Positions 39,883-51,306 of a stretch of DNA of 64,000 bases are shown here, piece after piece. Below the pieces are notes generated by a model. That model was not told the origin of the DNA and ran no database searches. It was given only the letters and a program-made list of their open reading frames with translations. How positions within the stretch are numbered: position 1 is the stretch's first letter; each line of letters starts with the position of its first letter. The DNA is from Chloroflexota bacterium (lineage in GTDB: Bacteria; Chloroflexota; Limnocylindria; Limnocylindrales; CSP1-4). The position numbers and the translations under genes were made by a program. The stretch spans positions 1,133-65,132 of the forward strand of contig JAJZRG010000014.1 of NCBI GenBank assembly GCA_021802825.1, given 5' to 3'.

Positions 39883-42800
39883 TCACGAACCGATGGCGAG
39901 GGCGTAGACCGTCGCATTCAGGTGACCGCCAGTGTCGGTCGCGGCAATCCGGACGCTGGCCGCCCCGGCCGATCCCGCCCGCACCGTGAACCGGGCCACG
40001 TACCTGCCGTTCGCGAGCTTCGTGGCCGAGATCGTGACCGCGCTCAGGCCGGGCTGCCGGAAGGTGACCCGAGGCGTGTTGCGCAGCGGCTCCGCCGTGG
40101 CGAAGCTGACCGTGAGGATCTGGCCTGGCCTGACGCTCGAGGAGGAGAGCGAGCCCGGGAAGGCGCTGGCCCACACGGTCCGCCCCAGGACCTGCGTCCC
40201 GTACGGGGACACGACGGTGAGGCGGGCGACATAGGCGCCCTGGGGGACAAACGTGCCGCTCGCGAGCCTGCCGTTCCAGGCCCACGACCGCGTGCCCGCC
40301 GCCTGCGACTTGGCGGTCCAGACGGTGCGCACGAGGTTCCCGCTCGTGTCGAACAGAGCAAGGGTCGTGGTCGCGGTGCGGGTCAGCTTCCAGCTGATGA
40401 TCGATGTCGGGGCCAGCCAATCGCCGTCCTGCGGGTAGAAGCTGCGCGACCAGCGGAGGAACCCCGAGGTGCGGTCAACCGTGACGTAGGTGCTGGCGAC
40501 GGTGCGGTTGCCCGCCGTGTCGCGGACGTCGAGTTTGAAGGTGTAGCGTCCGTCGGTGACGCTCGAGCCGGACGAGCTGCGGCCGTTCCAGGTCACCCTC
40601 CCGCCCGCCGAGGCGCCGACCGTCCATCGCCGCACCAGCGTCGTGCCGCGCCACACCGAGGCCGTACCGCTGGTGGTCTCCGACGAGGCCCAGCGCAGGG
40701 ACGCGGTGTCCGCCGCCCCGTCGCCGTTGGGCGAGAAGATGGCCGGCGCCGCGGTCGCGGTCACGGACGCTCGCGTCGTGTCCACGCGAGCGGAGTACGT
40801 GCGGGCGGCGCAGTTGCCCGCGACGTCGCAGGCCGCCAGCGTCGTTGTGTACGTGCCGTCGGGCACAACGGTCCCCGCGTCGTTCCGGCCGTTCCACGTG
40901 AAGGAGAGCGTGCCGCCGGAGCCGGTGACCGTGCGCACGGGCTGGGCGCCTGCCGGCGTGACGGGGGCGATCCGCAGCACCCAGCTCGTCGCCCCGGACG
41001 CCCGGAGCGCGTACGCGATCGTGTCCAGGATCCTGTCCCCGTTGGGCGAAATCAGGCCCGAGGAGGCAGACGCAGCCGACACCACTGGGGCGACCGTGTC
41101 CACAGTGACCGCGAAGGCCGCGATCTGCCCGGAAGTCACGGGCATCGCCGAGGGCGCGCGATAGGTCGTCGTCCCTGCCGTGCCCACGAGCTGGAGGAGA
41201 TACATGCCATCAGCGACGCGCGTGCCGCCGACCTTGCCATCCCAGGCGAACGCGTGGGCGCCCGTCGTGAGGACCGGCACGCTGACCGATCCGACGAGCG
41301 TCCCGTCCGTGCGCAGGATCCGCAGCGACAGCGCACTCAGCGCGACCGTCGCGGTCCAGTTGACGGGCAGCTCGTCCCGCGAGCCGTCGCCGTTGGGCGA
41401 GAAGGTGCGCGCGGCCACGGCTGCCGCGCTGGTCCCGGCGACTCGGTCGGGGCCGAAGCCGAAGCCCGTCAGGCCGGCGTCCACCACCGTCGCGTTGGGC
41501 GCGTGGAAGGGCACCACGTTGGTCTCGGTGGAGGATCTGGCGGCGATCCAGACGCCGCGCTCCACAAACGATGAGGGCGCCCACTCGCGGATGGGCTGCG
41601 TGACCTCGTACCAGGTGTAGCCGCCCGCCGCGACGGGGCCCGACGTCAGCGCCACGATCGTCCCTGCGGGCAGCGAGCCCAGCCGGGCGGCCGACGTGCT
41701 AGGCCCGGTGCGATAGGCAAGGCCGTTGAGGGTGACCCGGCCGAACCCTCCCACAGCGAGGCTGGCCGGCGCGGTCGCCGCTGTCGCGGTGACGTTCCAG
41801 GCGCCCACGTTGCCCTTGGCGTCGGTCGCGCGGACGCGGAAGGCGTAGGCGTGGCCGTCGGCGCCCAGCCAGACGTCGCTCGTCGCGGTCGTCCCGGTCA
41901 GCCAGGCTGTCCACGCGCCGCCATCGACCGACGCCTGCACGTCGTACGAGCGCACTGCGCTGATGTCGCTTGCGGACCACGCCACCACGATCCCCTCGTC
42001 AGGGTTCGTCGCGGGCAGGGTGCGAATGCCCGCCTGGGGCGCCGAGTGGTCCACGAGGAACGCGTCGGACAGCGCGCGGGCCATGTCCTGGTAGCCGCCG
42101 TCGTAGCCCAGCGCCCACATCCCGGCGCCGCGGAGGCCGTAGTCGTTGACCAGCTGGTAACGGCGGCTGATCGACGCGGCGTCGTCGTACCAGAGCTGTC
42201 GCCAGCTGGTGACGCAGCCGTAGGTGGACGTGCAGTTCTGCCGCCGGTAGGCGATGTAGGGGCTCTGCTCGACGCTGTCCCACTGGCGGCCGTACTGGCT
42301 GACGAGGGCCGGGATGTTCTCGTAGTTGACGGTGGTGCTGTAGCCGTACTTGGCACCGCTCTGATTGGCGGCGCGCGGTGAACTCGATGTCGTGGACCAG
42401 GCGCGGCCGTACCAGGGCAGCCCCAGGATCAGGCGCGACGGGCTGATGCGCGCCGTGTACTGGCGCACCGTGTCCGCGAGGTCGTAGGTCGGGCCGGATA
42501 GGGGGTCGATGGAGCCAGAGGTTGACGAGCTGGCGGTTCGGTAGTCGTAGCCCATGATGAACACGGCGTCCGCGGCGGCCGACCCCACCGAGGCCTCGAG
42601 CGGGTAGTTGCCGATGTATCCCGTGGTGTCGTACGTGATCTGGTAGCCGCTGCGGATGGCGTTGAGCTGCGAGCGCAACGTCCGCAGAAGGGCGACGAAA
42701 TTGGCCTCCTGCCCCGACACGAGCGGCTCGAAATCGAGGTTGACGCCGTCGGCGCCACGGTCCCTGACGGCGGCCGCGAGCTGGCGCGCGAGGTTGAGGC

Positions 42801-43824
42801 GGGCAGTCGAGCTGCTGAGCAGGGTCCGCTGGGTGTTCACGCCCCCTGACGACCAGGCGAACACGCTGGCGGTGAGCACCACGCGGGTGCCGTGCGCGTG
42901 CGCCGCGTTGATGACGTTCGTCAGCGACGAGCTCGTCCAGCCCGCCCAGCCCGTAGTCAGCGAGCCGTCGCTGTTGCGCTTGAGCAGGCTGCCGGCACCG
43001 TTCGCCCCCACCGAGAAGTACGCGATCGTGGTCAGGACACCATAGTTGAGGCTGGTGGACGCGCCGGGCAGCTCCCAGTACGGGAGGAAGCCGATGACCT
43101 GGCGCCGGAGGCCGGTGGCGGCGGCGGGGGCCACGGTGGCCGCGCTCGGCATGACGACGCTGGCCGTGATCGCGGTCGTGTCGGCGGTCGCCACCCCTGC
43201 CGTCATCAGCTCGCTGGCGGCTGTGGCGGCTGTGGCGCCTGTCGCGCCCGTGGCCCCGGACGCGCCCTGTGTCGTCCCGTCGGCCTCCACCGTCCCGCCC
43301 GGACGGGCCTGCGGCTCAGGTCCGACCCAGTCGGTGCCCTGCTGCGAGGCGGCCATCGCGCGGCCTGTCGCGCGCCCAGCCGGCAATGCCGTCGGCACGT
43401 GACCGCCCACGTCCCAGATGTCGGTCGAACGCGGCGTGAAGCCCACGGTCACGCGCTCGCCAGGCGTGAACGGGATGCGGTCGTTCTCGTGCGCGAGCCA
43501 GTCGAGGTAGGCCTGTGAAGGATGCTGGGCTACCGAGGCCGCATCGCTCGCTGCCTGCGGAGCGCCTGAGCCCGGGCCCGAGGCCGCTGTCGCCGCCCTC
43601 GCGGCCGTCGCCGTCGCGGGCATCTCGTCCGTTGTCGGGAGGGGATCGGTGAGTGTGCCATCGGTGGGCGGGATGAGGATCGCCTCGCCGTTGGCCCACG
43701 ACGCCGCGGGCCGGGCACCGGCCAGACCGGGTCCGGGAAGCAGGGTCGCGCCAAGGGCTGCGACGAGCAGGGCGCCGGGAAGCGAGCGGCGGAGTCGGCG
43801 GGCGGGGGTCGTCGGTCGATTCAC
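39883..43824 (-). CDS. Secreted multidomain GH18 hydrolase with FN3-like, SH3-like and four FlgD-Ig-like domains
   Basis: Signal peptide; GFLPYW, ADGVNLDFEP, IMGYDY, LGLPWYG, GAGMWALGYD; repeated (F/I)SPNGD and W(N/D)G..V.DG.Y motifs. Confidence 0.85.
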   Translation of the reverse strand: MNRPTTPARRLRRSLPGALLVAALGATLLPGPGLAGARPAASWANGEAILIPPTDGTLTDPLPTTDEMPATATAARAATAASGPGSGAPQAASDAASVAQHPSQAYLDWLAHENDRIPFTPGERVTVGFTPRSTDIWDVGGHVPTALPAGRATGRAMAASQQGTDWVGPEPQARPGGTVEADGTTQGASGATGATGATAATAASELMTAGVATADTTAITASVVMPSAATVAPAAATGLRRQVIGFLPYWELPGASTSLNYGVLTTIAYFSVGANGAGSLLKRNSDGSLTTGWAGWTSSSLTNVINAAHAHGTRVVLTASVFAWSSGGVNTQRTLLSSSTARLNLARQLAAAVRDRGADGVNLDFEPLVSGQEANFVALLRTLRSQLNAIRSGYQITYDTTGYIGNYPLEASVGSAAADAVFIMGYDYRTASSSTSGSIDPLSGPTYDLADTVRQYTARISPSRLILGLPWYGRAWSTTSSSPRAANQSGAKYGYSTTVNYENIPALVSQYGRQWDSVEQSPYIAYRRQNCTSTYGCVTSWRQLWYDDAASISRRYQLVNDYGLRGAGMWALGYDGGYQDMARALSDAFLVDHSAPQAGIRTLPATNPDEGIVVAWSASDISAVRSYDVQASVDGGAWTAWLTGTTATSDVWLGADGHAYAFRVRATDAKGNVGAWNVTATAATAPASLAVGGFGRVTLNGLAYRTGPSTSAARLGSLPAGTIVALTSGPVAAGGYTWYEVTQPIREWAPSSFVERGVWIAARSSTETNVVPFHAPNATVVDAGLTGFGFGPDRVAGTSAAAVAARTFSPNGDGSRDELPVNWTATVALSALSLRILRTDGTLVGSVSVPVLTTGAHAFAWDGKVGGTRVADGMYLLQLVGTAGTTTYRAPSAMPVTSGQIAAFAVTVDTVAPVVSAASASSGLISPNGDRILDTIAYALRASGATSWVLRIAPVTPAGAQPVRTVTGSGGTLSFTWNGRNDAGTVVPDGTYTTTLAACDVAGNCAARTYSARVDTTRASVTATAAPAIFSPNGDGAADTASLRWASSETTSGTASVWRGTTLVRRWTVGASAGGRVTWNGRSSSGSSVTDGRYTFKLDVRDTAGNRTVASTYVTVDRTSGFLRWSRSFYPQDGDWLAPTSIISWKLTRTATTTLALFDTSGNLVRTVWTAKSQAAGTRSWAWNGRLASGTFVPQGAYVARLTVVSPYGTQVLGRTVWASAFPGSLSSSSVRPGQILTVSFATAEPLRNTPRVTFRQPGLSAVTISATKLANGRYVARFTVRAGSAGAASVRIAATDTGGHLNATVYALAIGS

Positions 43825-44169
43825 GGGTTCCCTCGGCGCCGGTCGGGAGACGCGCGCCCGCCTGACCGCGAGCACGCGGTGAGCGCGGTCCCGGTCACGG
43901 GAACCGACGCCCGTCCGGCGTGGACGTTGACCGTAGACACGGGGCGGGCCGGGGGGTATCGCCCGAAGGTCCCAGCCGGGACCAGTACGGAGCGGAGAGG
44001 TGCGGTCAAGTACAGTCCCGGCGTCGCGAGGGGGCGCCCCAGACCGAGCGTGGCGAGCAGCAAGCCATGCCTGGTGCAGCGGCAGGTAGAGGCTGCTGCA
44101 CTGGCCCCGGCCGCCGGGGTCCTTCGCGTAGACCTTGAGCCGCGCCGTCCCGCTGCCGGCAGGCTCGAC

Positions 44170-45090
44170 TCAGCGCGCGCCGATCTCCCGGCGAAGGGCG
44201 GGCAACGCGTCCGCGAACGCCTCGCGCCAGTCGCGCATCGGGATTCCCGAGGGGAGCGGCGTCGGCTCGAGGACCCCCCACAGGGGCGGCGTCGAGGCGC
44301 GCTGCCAGGTCGAGGCCGGGACGTCCACGACCTCGACATCGATCGCCAGCCGGCGCAGCACCTCGCGCGCCCAGTCGGCCCGCGACGCGCGCCCGCCGTT
44401 GACGAGGTGGTGGATCGTCACCGAGCCGGGGGGCGCCGGCGTGTCGGTCCCCACGAGCTCCACGATCGCCTCGGCGAGGTCGGGCGTGTACGTCGGCGTC
44501 CCGACCTCGTCGCCGGTGACCCGGAGCGGCTCGCCCGCCCCCTTCGTCCGCATCGCCGCGGCCGCGATCTTGGCCGGAAAGTCGTTGCCGGGCGGCCCGA
44601 ACAGCCAGGCCGTGCGGACGATCGAGAGCCGGCCGGCAGAGCCCGCGAACGCCTCGGTCGCCAGCCGCTCGGCCGCCGCCTTGGCCTCGCCGTACGGGTT
44701 GATCGGGTGGGGCTCGTCGCCCGGCGCGTAGCCGCGGCCGTCGGTCCGAGCCCCGTCGAACACCTCGTTGGTCGAGATGATCAGCAGGTCCGTCCCGCGC
44801 CCCGCGCACGCCTGCGCGATCTCGCCCACCGCGATCCCGTTGCGCCGCATCGCGAGCTGGGGCTCCCGCGCGTTGCCGTCCACATCGGTCCAGGCCGCGG
44901 TGTGGACCACAACCTCGGGGTGCTCGCGGTCGAGCAGCGCGCCGAACGAGGCAGCGGTCACGGTGTCCAGCTCGAGCTCCGGCTGGTCCCAGCCGATCGG
45001 CGGGCGCATGCCCGCGAACGGCGCCTCCTCCAGCGCCGCGACGAGCGCACGCCCGAGCCGACCGACAACCCCCACGACCGCGACCCGCAC
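44170..45090 (-). CDS. rmlD: dTDP-4-dehydrorhamnose reductase family
   Basis: VVGVVGRLG, HTAAWTDVD, ISTNEVFDG, INPYGEAK, VRTAWLFG, GTPTYTPDLA. Confidence 0.9.
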   Translation of the reverse strand: MRVAVVGVVGRLGRALVAALEEAPFAGMRPPIGWDQPELELDTVTAASFGALLDREHPEVVVHTAAWTDVDGNAREPQLAMRRNGIAVGEIAQACAGRGTDLLIISTNEVFDGARTDGRGYAPGDEPHPINPYGEAKAAAERLATEAFAGSAGRLSIVRTAWLFGPPGNDFPAKIAAAAMRTKGAGEPLRVTGDEVGTPTYTPDLAEAIVELVGTDTPAPPGSVTIHHLVNGGRASRADWAREVLRRLAIDVEVVDVPASTWQRASTPPLWGVLEPTPLPSGIPMRDWREAFADALPALRREIGAR

Positions 45091-45092
45091 GG

Positions 45093-46211
45093 TCAGGCGG
45101 TCCTGTCCACCGCGCGGCCCGCAGCGAGCCGATCGCCGTACTGGCGGGCGTAGTAAGCGTCCCAGTCCCCCGACTTCGCGCTGGCGATCCAGTCGGGGTT
45201 GTCGCGATACCAGGCGACGGTTGCCGGGAGGCCATCGGCGAAGTCAACGCGCGGCCGCCAGCCCAGCGCCGCCAGCTTCGAGCCGTCCATCGCGTAGCGC
45301 CGGTCGTGGCCCGGGCGGTCGGGCACCGTGCGGACCAGCGACCAGTCGCGGCCCGTGGCGGCCAGGAGCCGGCCGATGACCTCGCGGTTCGGCAGCTCCG
45401 TCCCGCCGGCCACGTTGTACGCCTCGCCCGTGACGCCGTGGCGCAGGACGAAGTCGATCCCCGCCGCGTGGTCCGAGACGTGGAGCCAGTCGCGGATCTG
45501 CATGCCGTCGCCGTACATCGGCAGGGGGTGCCCGCCGAGCGCGTTGGTCGTGAACAGCGGGATGAGCTTCTCGGGGTGCTGGTGCGGGCCATAGGTGTTG
45601 GAGCCGCGGGTGACGACCGTGTCGAGGCCGAAGGTGATGGCGTACGCGCTCACGAGCAGCTCGCCGGACGCCTTGGCCGCGGCGTACGGGCTGCGCGGCG
45701 CGAGGGCGTCGGTCTCCGTGCTGCGGCCCTCGGACACCTCGCCGTAGACCTCGTCGGTGCTGACTTGGAGGAAGCGCGGGGCGTGCTCGCGCCCGCCACG
45801 TCGGGCCCGCTCGGTCTCGCCGCGCACGGCCTCGAGCAGGACGTGGACGCCGATGACGCCCGTCCGCAGGAACGCCTCGGGGTCGAGGATGCTGCGGTCA
45901 ACGTGGGTCTCGGCCGCGACGTTGATGATCGCGTCGGCCTCGGCCGCGAGCGGGCCGACGATCGAGGGGTCGGCGATGTCGCCCTGGACGAACGTGAACC
46001 GGGCGGCCTGCCCGGCGTCGGCCTCGACCTCGGCAAGATTGGCGCGGTTGCCCGCGTACGTCAGCTTGTCGAGGACCGTGACGCGCGTGCCATCCCGTCG
46101 GGCGAGCAGCTGCCGCACGAGCTCGGAGCCGATGAACCCGGCGCCCCCGGTGACGAGCAGGTGGGCGCCGGGGCCGATGGCGGGCGCGCTGTCGGGTCGG
46201 AGGTCAGTCAC
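45093..46211 (-). CDS. rmlB: dTDP-glucose 4,6-dehydratase
   Basis: LVTGGAGFIG, DKLTYAGN, AAETHVDRSI, VSTDEVYG, SPYAAAK, DRPGHDRRY. Confidence 0.96.
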   Translation of the reverse strand: MTDLRPDSAPAIGPGAHLLVTGGAGFIGSELVRQLLARRDGTRVTVLDKLTYAGNRANLAEVEADAGQAARFTFVQGDIADPSIVGPLAAEADAIINVAAETHVDRSILDPEAFLRTGVIGVHVLLEAVRGETERARRGGREHAPRFLQVSTDEVYGEVSEGRSTETDALAPRSPYAAAKASGELLVSAYAITFGLDTVVTRGSNTYGPHQHPEKLIPLFTTNALGGHPLPMYGDGMQIRDWLHVSDHAAGIDFVLRHGVTGEAYNVAGGTELPNREVIGRLLAATGRDWSLVRTVPDRPGHDRRYAMDGSKLAALGWRPRVDFADGLPATVAWYRDNPDWIASAKSGDWDAYYARQYGDRLAAGRAVDRTA

Positions 46212-46974
46212 GCGGGTCTCGCGGCCACTCGACCGGGCGCTCCAGGCGGCCGGCCTTGTCGTCGGCCTCCGCCAGCTCGGCCGCGCGCAGCAGCGAGGGA
46301 ACGGTGCCGGCATCGGCCCAATGCCCCTCATAGACCGGGGCGAACAGCCGCTTGCCGGGAATGTAGTGGTTGAGGACGTCGGTGATCTCGAACTCGCCCC
46401 GGCCGGACGGCGCGAGGTGGGCGATCACGTCGAACGCGTCGGGCCGCAGGAAGTAGACGCCAATCGGGATGAGGTCGCTCTTCGGCACCTTGGGCTTCTC
46501 CTCGAAGCCCAGCACGCGCCCGTCCGCATCCAGCTCCGCGACCCCGAACCGCTCGGGATCGGGGACCCGGTAGAGCAGCGTGCCAGCGCCCCAGCCGCCG
46601 CCCTCGAACTGGCTCGCAAGGGGCTCAAGCGGCTCGCCGCGCAGGATGTTGTCGCCGAGGACGACGCAGAACGCGTCGTCGCCGATGAAGTCGCGAGCCA
46701 GGCCGATGGCGTGGGCGATGCCCAGCGCGCCGCGCTGGTACCGGTAGGTGAGCTCCAGACCGAAGTGCCGCCCGTCGCCCAGCAGCTCCACGATGTCGCC
46801 AACGCTCTTGCCGCCGACGATCACCATGACCTCGCGGATCCCCATGCCCGCCAAGGTCTCCAGCGGGTAGTAGATCATCGGCCGGTCGTAGATCGGCAGC
46901 AGGTGCTTGTTGGTCACGATGGTCAGCGGGAATAGCCGGGTGGCGGTGCCGCCGGCCAGGACGAGGCCCTTCAT
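46204..46974 (-). CDS. rmlA: Glucose-1-phosphate thymidylyltransferase (short form)
   Basis: MKGLVLAGGTATRLFPLT, NKHLLPIYDRPMIYYP, LGDNI, FEEKP, GRGEFEITDV. Confidence 0.92.
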   Translation of the reverse strand: MKGLVLAGGTATRLFPLTIVTNKHLLPIYDRPMIYYPLETLAGMGIREVMVIVGGKSVGDIVELLGDGRHFGLELTYRYQRGALGIAHAIGLARDFIGDDAFCVVLGDNILRGEPLEPLASQFEGGGWGAGTLLYRVPDPERFGVAELDADGRVLGFEEKPKVPKSDLIPIGVYFLRPDAFDVIAHLAPSGRGEFEITDVLNHYIPGKRLFAPVYEGHWADAGTVPSLLRAAELAEADDKAGRLERPVEWPRDPRD

Positions 46975-47105
46975 CTCGGTGAGCGTACCGCAGGCGTCTT
47001 GTCGCGCGTCGGGTGGCTCCGCCCCGTGGATGGCCCGCGGGCCCCGCCTGGCAAAGGCGCGTCGAATCCTGCCTAAGGACCGCAGGAGTGGCCCTCGCCG
47101 GGACG

Positions 47106-48065
47106 CTAGGGCTTCGCGCTCTTCGCGGGTGCTGGCGTGGGGGTGTAGCAGGGCACCTCGCCGGCGGGCACCGGCCCGGCCGTGCCGCACGGGACGGGCT
47201 GCTGGTCAGCTGGCGGGAGCCCGCCTGAGTAGTCGGTGATGACCAGCGCCAGCTCGAACGTGTCGAGCGAAGCCGCGGGCTGGATGAACGCGGTCTGGAC
47301 CACGTCATTCGCGTCACGCTGGACGTCCACCACGGAGCCCAGGATCAGCCCCTTGGGGTACGGGGAGCGGATGCCGCCCGCCAGCTCGAGGCCGGCGGTG
47401 AACACCTCCTCGTTCAGCCCCACGGTCACCGACGAGTCCACGTTCTTCATCGTCAGCACGCCGCCGGCCTCGCCGCCAACCTCGCCGGTGGCCCCCGACG
47501 CCTGGAGCTGGCCGATGACGGTGGACGACGGGTCGCTGATGAGCGTCACCTTCGCGAAGTTGGGGCCGATGTCGCTGATCCTGCCCACCACTGCGCCGCC
47601 CTGGACGATCACGACGTCGCCCATCGCAAGGCCGTCGGACGTGCCCTTGCTGAGCGTCACGACGCGGCTCGTCGGCAGCAGCTCGCGCCCGATGACCTGG
47701 ACGGCAACCGTCTTGTGGTCGAACCCGCTCTGGAGCTGGAGGAGCGCGGTCAGCTGGTCGTTCTCGGCCTTGAGCTGCGCCAGGCGCGTGTTGTCGTTGG
47801 CCAGCCGCTGGTTGTCCTCGCGCAGGGCGGCGTTGTCGATGCGCAGCTGGTTGATCTCGCCGAGGGAGCCGAACACGCTCGACGCGTCCGAGGCCACGCC
47901 CGCGATGGCGCCCTCAATCGGCCGCAGTGCGAACTGGAACCCCCGCTTGAGCTCCAGCACCGCCGGGTTGGCCGAGAACGCCATGAGGAGCAGCGTGATC
48001 ACCAGCAGGATCGTGAACACGATCCCGCGGCGGCGGGCCCGGCGGTTGGAGAGGAGAGTGGTCAT
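47106..48065 (-). CDS. mreC: Rod shape-determining protein MreC
   Basis: N-terminal TM, coiled coil, KGTSDGL, GAVVGRI, VTLISDP, YPKGLILGSV; directly downstream of mreB. Confidence 0.92.
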   Translation of the reverse strand: MTTLLSNRRARRRGIVFTILLVITLLLMAFSANPAVLELKRGFQFALRPIEGAIAGVASDASSVFGSLGEINQLRIDNAALREDNQRLANDNTRLAQLKAENDQLTALLQLQSGFDHKTVAVQVIGRELLPTSRVVTLSKGTSDGLAMGDVVIVQGGAVVGRISDIGPNFAKVTLISDPSSTVIGQLQASGATGEVGGEAGGVLTMKNVDSSVTVGLNEEVFTAGLELAGGIRSPYPKGLILGSVVDVQRDANDVVQTAFIQPAASLDTFELALVITDYSGGLPPADQQPVPCGTAGPVPAGEVPCYTPTPAPAKSAKP

Positions 48066-48110
48066 GGCGTGGCGCTCCAGCGGGCCGCCAGGCGGCCGAG
48101 GTCTCCCCGC

Positions 48111-49169
<1,059 letters not shown>

Positions 49170-49484
49170 GCTGTGCGCGGTTCCTTGCTGCGACGTTCGG
49201 AGGCGGGCGCCGCTGCGGCGTCCGCGAGTCGCGGGTGTCGTTCGTTCGGGAGCCCGAGCGCGGGTCCGGCGCGCGGGCGGGGTGCAGTATACCCGTGGCC
49301 GGCGCCCGCCCCGCTGTTCGCCCTCAGCCTGACTTGGGCATGCCTGCGAGCGGTCCCCGGCGCGCCCTGTGGGCGACGAGGCTGCGAACCGCCGGCGTTC
49401 CTCATCCTGGTTCAGCCGGGTCGTGGCTGCGAGCGGACGACGGCGGGCAGCGACGCGGGCGGCGGCACAGACCGCGGCACACCG

Positions 49485-50660
49485 CTACCGCCAGAGGACT
49501 TCCTCGCCGTGCTCGCCCACGAGCGGCCGCCCATCGACATGGCGCTGGTAGGCGAACGGCGCGATGTCGACCGACCTGGCGGCGCCGTCGAGGATCAGCT
49601 CCGCCATCCCCAGCCCGACGGCCGGCGCGGTCTTGAACCCGGTGCCCGAGTGACCGCAGTCGAGGTAGAAGCCCGCCGGCCCCACTGATCCCACCCCGCC
49701 GAGGAAGGGGCGCTGGTCCGGCGTCAGCCCGTCCTGTCCGCTGTGCGAGGTCCGGAAGTCGCCGTCGATCAGGGCCGGCAGGCGGCGGACCATTCGCTCC
49801 GTGGCGCGCAGCTGGAAGTCAGGCCTGGCGTCGCCGGTGTCGCGATCTGGCGAGCCGCCGATCTGGTTGTCGTCCTCGAGCCCCACGAGCACCATGTCGG
49901 AGCCCTCGGGCCGGAAGTACATGCCGTTGGGGTTGTCGATGACGACCGGGATTGGGCGCGGCACCGTCGCCGGCGCGCCCAGGTAGCCCGTGTCGTGGCG
50001 CCACACGCGGATCGGCAAGTCCATGCCCGCCAGCTCGCCAACCCGCTTCGCCCAGGCGCCGGCCGCATTGACGATCACCGGCGCGTCGAAGTCGCCCTTC
50101 GTGGTGGCGACGCCCGTGACCCGGCCGCCAGCCTGGCGAATCCCCGTGACTTCGGCCCCCTGGACCAGGCGCGCGCCGCCGGCCTTCGCCGCCGTAATCA
50201 GGCTCGACGCCGTCATCGACGGGTCGGCGTACCCGCTGGCGGGCTCGTAGGCGGCAACCTCGTCGCCCGCGTCCAGGCCGGGCGCGATCCGGCGGATCTC
50301 GTCCGCCTCGACGATCGACGCGTCGACGCCCAGCGCCCGGTGTGCCGCTGCGTTCGCCGCCAGCCGCGCCCGGTTCGCCGTGGGCTCCATCCACAGGAAC
50401 CCCGTCACCGTGAAACCGCACTCGCCGCCGACGCGCTGGCCCCACTCCCGGAACCACGCCTGCGCCGCCCAGGCGAGCTTCGCCTCGGCCAGCAGCTCGT
50501 AGTGGACGCGCACGAGCCCGGAGGACCGGCCCGTCGCCCCTGCCGCCACCACCGAGCGCTCGAGGACGACGGCGCGAGCCCCGCGCGAGGCGAGGTGGAA
50601 CGCGAGGCTGGACCCCTGGACCCCTGCCCCGATGACGATGACGTCCGCGGTCTCGGCCAT
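49485..50660 (-). CDS. FAD-dependent oxidoreductase (DadA/sarcosine oxidase beta-like)
   Basis: VIVIGAGVQG, GATGRSSG, VNAAGAW, TPDQRPFLG, GHSGTGFK; AGGAGG RBS. Confidence 0.92.
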   Translation of the reverse strand: MAETADVIVIGAGVQGSSLAFHLASRGARAVVLERSVVAAGATGRSSGLVRVHYELLAEAKLAWAAQAWFREWGQRVGGECGFTVTGFLWMEPTANRARLAANAAAHRALGVDASIVEADEIRRIAPGLDAGDEVAAYEPASGYADPSMTASSLITAAKAGGARLVQGAEVTGIRQAGGRVTGVATTKGDFDAPVIVNAAGAWAKRVGELAGMDLPIRVWRHDTGYLGAPATVPRPIPVVIDNPNGMYFRPEGSDMVLVGLEDDNQIGGSPDRDTGDARPDFQLRATERMVRRLPALIDGDFRTSHSGQDGLTPDQRPFLGGVGSVGPAGFYLDCGHSGTGFKTAPAVGLGMAELILDGAARSVDIAPFAYQRHVDGRPLVGEHGEEVLWR

Positions 50661-50760
50661 GCGCGCTCGCTCCTCCTGCTTGGGTCCAGTATCGCCCGTG
50701 TCCCGCGACCGAGCGCCCACGGCACGGCATCCCCGGCGTCTCACGGGCGCGTCCAGAGAC

Positions 50761-51046
50761 GTGATCGAGCGCCTGGACAGCGCCGAGATCGCCTGCTTCG
50801 TGACCGGTTCCAAGGCTATGGCCATCCACGGGCTCGCGTACCGGATGACCAATGACATCGATCTCGTCATCCGGCTTGACCCGGGCGGCTACGAGACACG
50901 CCTGCGACCTGCACTCGAGCCCGCGTACGACTGCCGGCGGATCGCGGAATCCTGACCCGGGCTCGACCTCGACTACGTTCGGGCGCAGGCGTCCGGACTC
51001 GGCCCATCGGCACTGCTTGCGGGGCTGCTGGGCGATGCCGGCTGAT
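50761..51046 (+). pseudogene. Decayed nucleotidyltransferase (DUF6036/AbiEii-like), internal deletion plus premature stop
   Basis: VIERLD...CFVTGSKAMAIHG..RMTNDIDLVI (GS and DxD motifs) jumps to a C-terminal-like DCRRIAES*PGLDLDYVRAQASGLG. Confidence 0.65.
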
Positions 51047-51275
51047 CCCCTCTTCGCCCGGGAGCTGCGCGATCGCGAGTTGTCCGAGCGCCGGAGGCCC
51101 GCGCCGCGAGCCTGGGCTTCGCGACGTGGACGAACCGTCTCCGCGTCTGGGCCGCGGCCGACCGGGCAGGGGTGGACGGGGAGCTCGCGGCATTCATCGC
51201 CTCGCGCCTCTGGCCGGACCTGCCCGTCGCGTGGCGCGGTCGGTTCGTGGAGGTGGCTCGCGCCCGGACCAGAGC
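51035..51275 (+). pseudogene. Frameshifted small partner gene of the nucleotidyltransferase
   Basis: ATG overlaps the NTase remnant end; MPADPLFARELRDRELSERR, then in another frame WTNRLRVWAAADRAG..ELAAFIASRLWPDLP. Confidence 0.4.
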
Positions 51276-51306
51276 ATCGGCCGGCGCGACGCCGGTCGCG
51301 GCCACT

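Noticed and set aside
50953-50955. In-frame TGA as selenocysteine or readthrough
   Set aside because: The gene also lacks a clear start and appears to have a large internal deletion; pseudogenisation is simpler.
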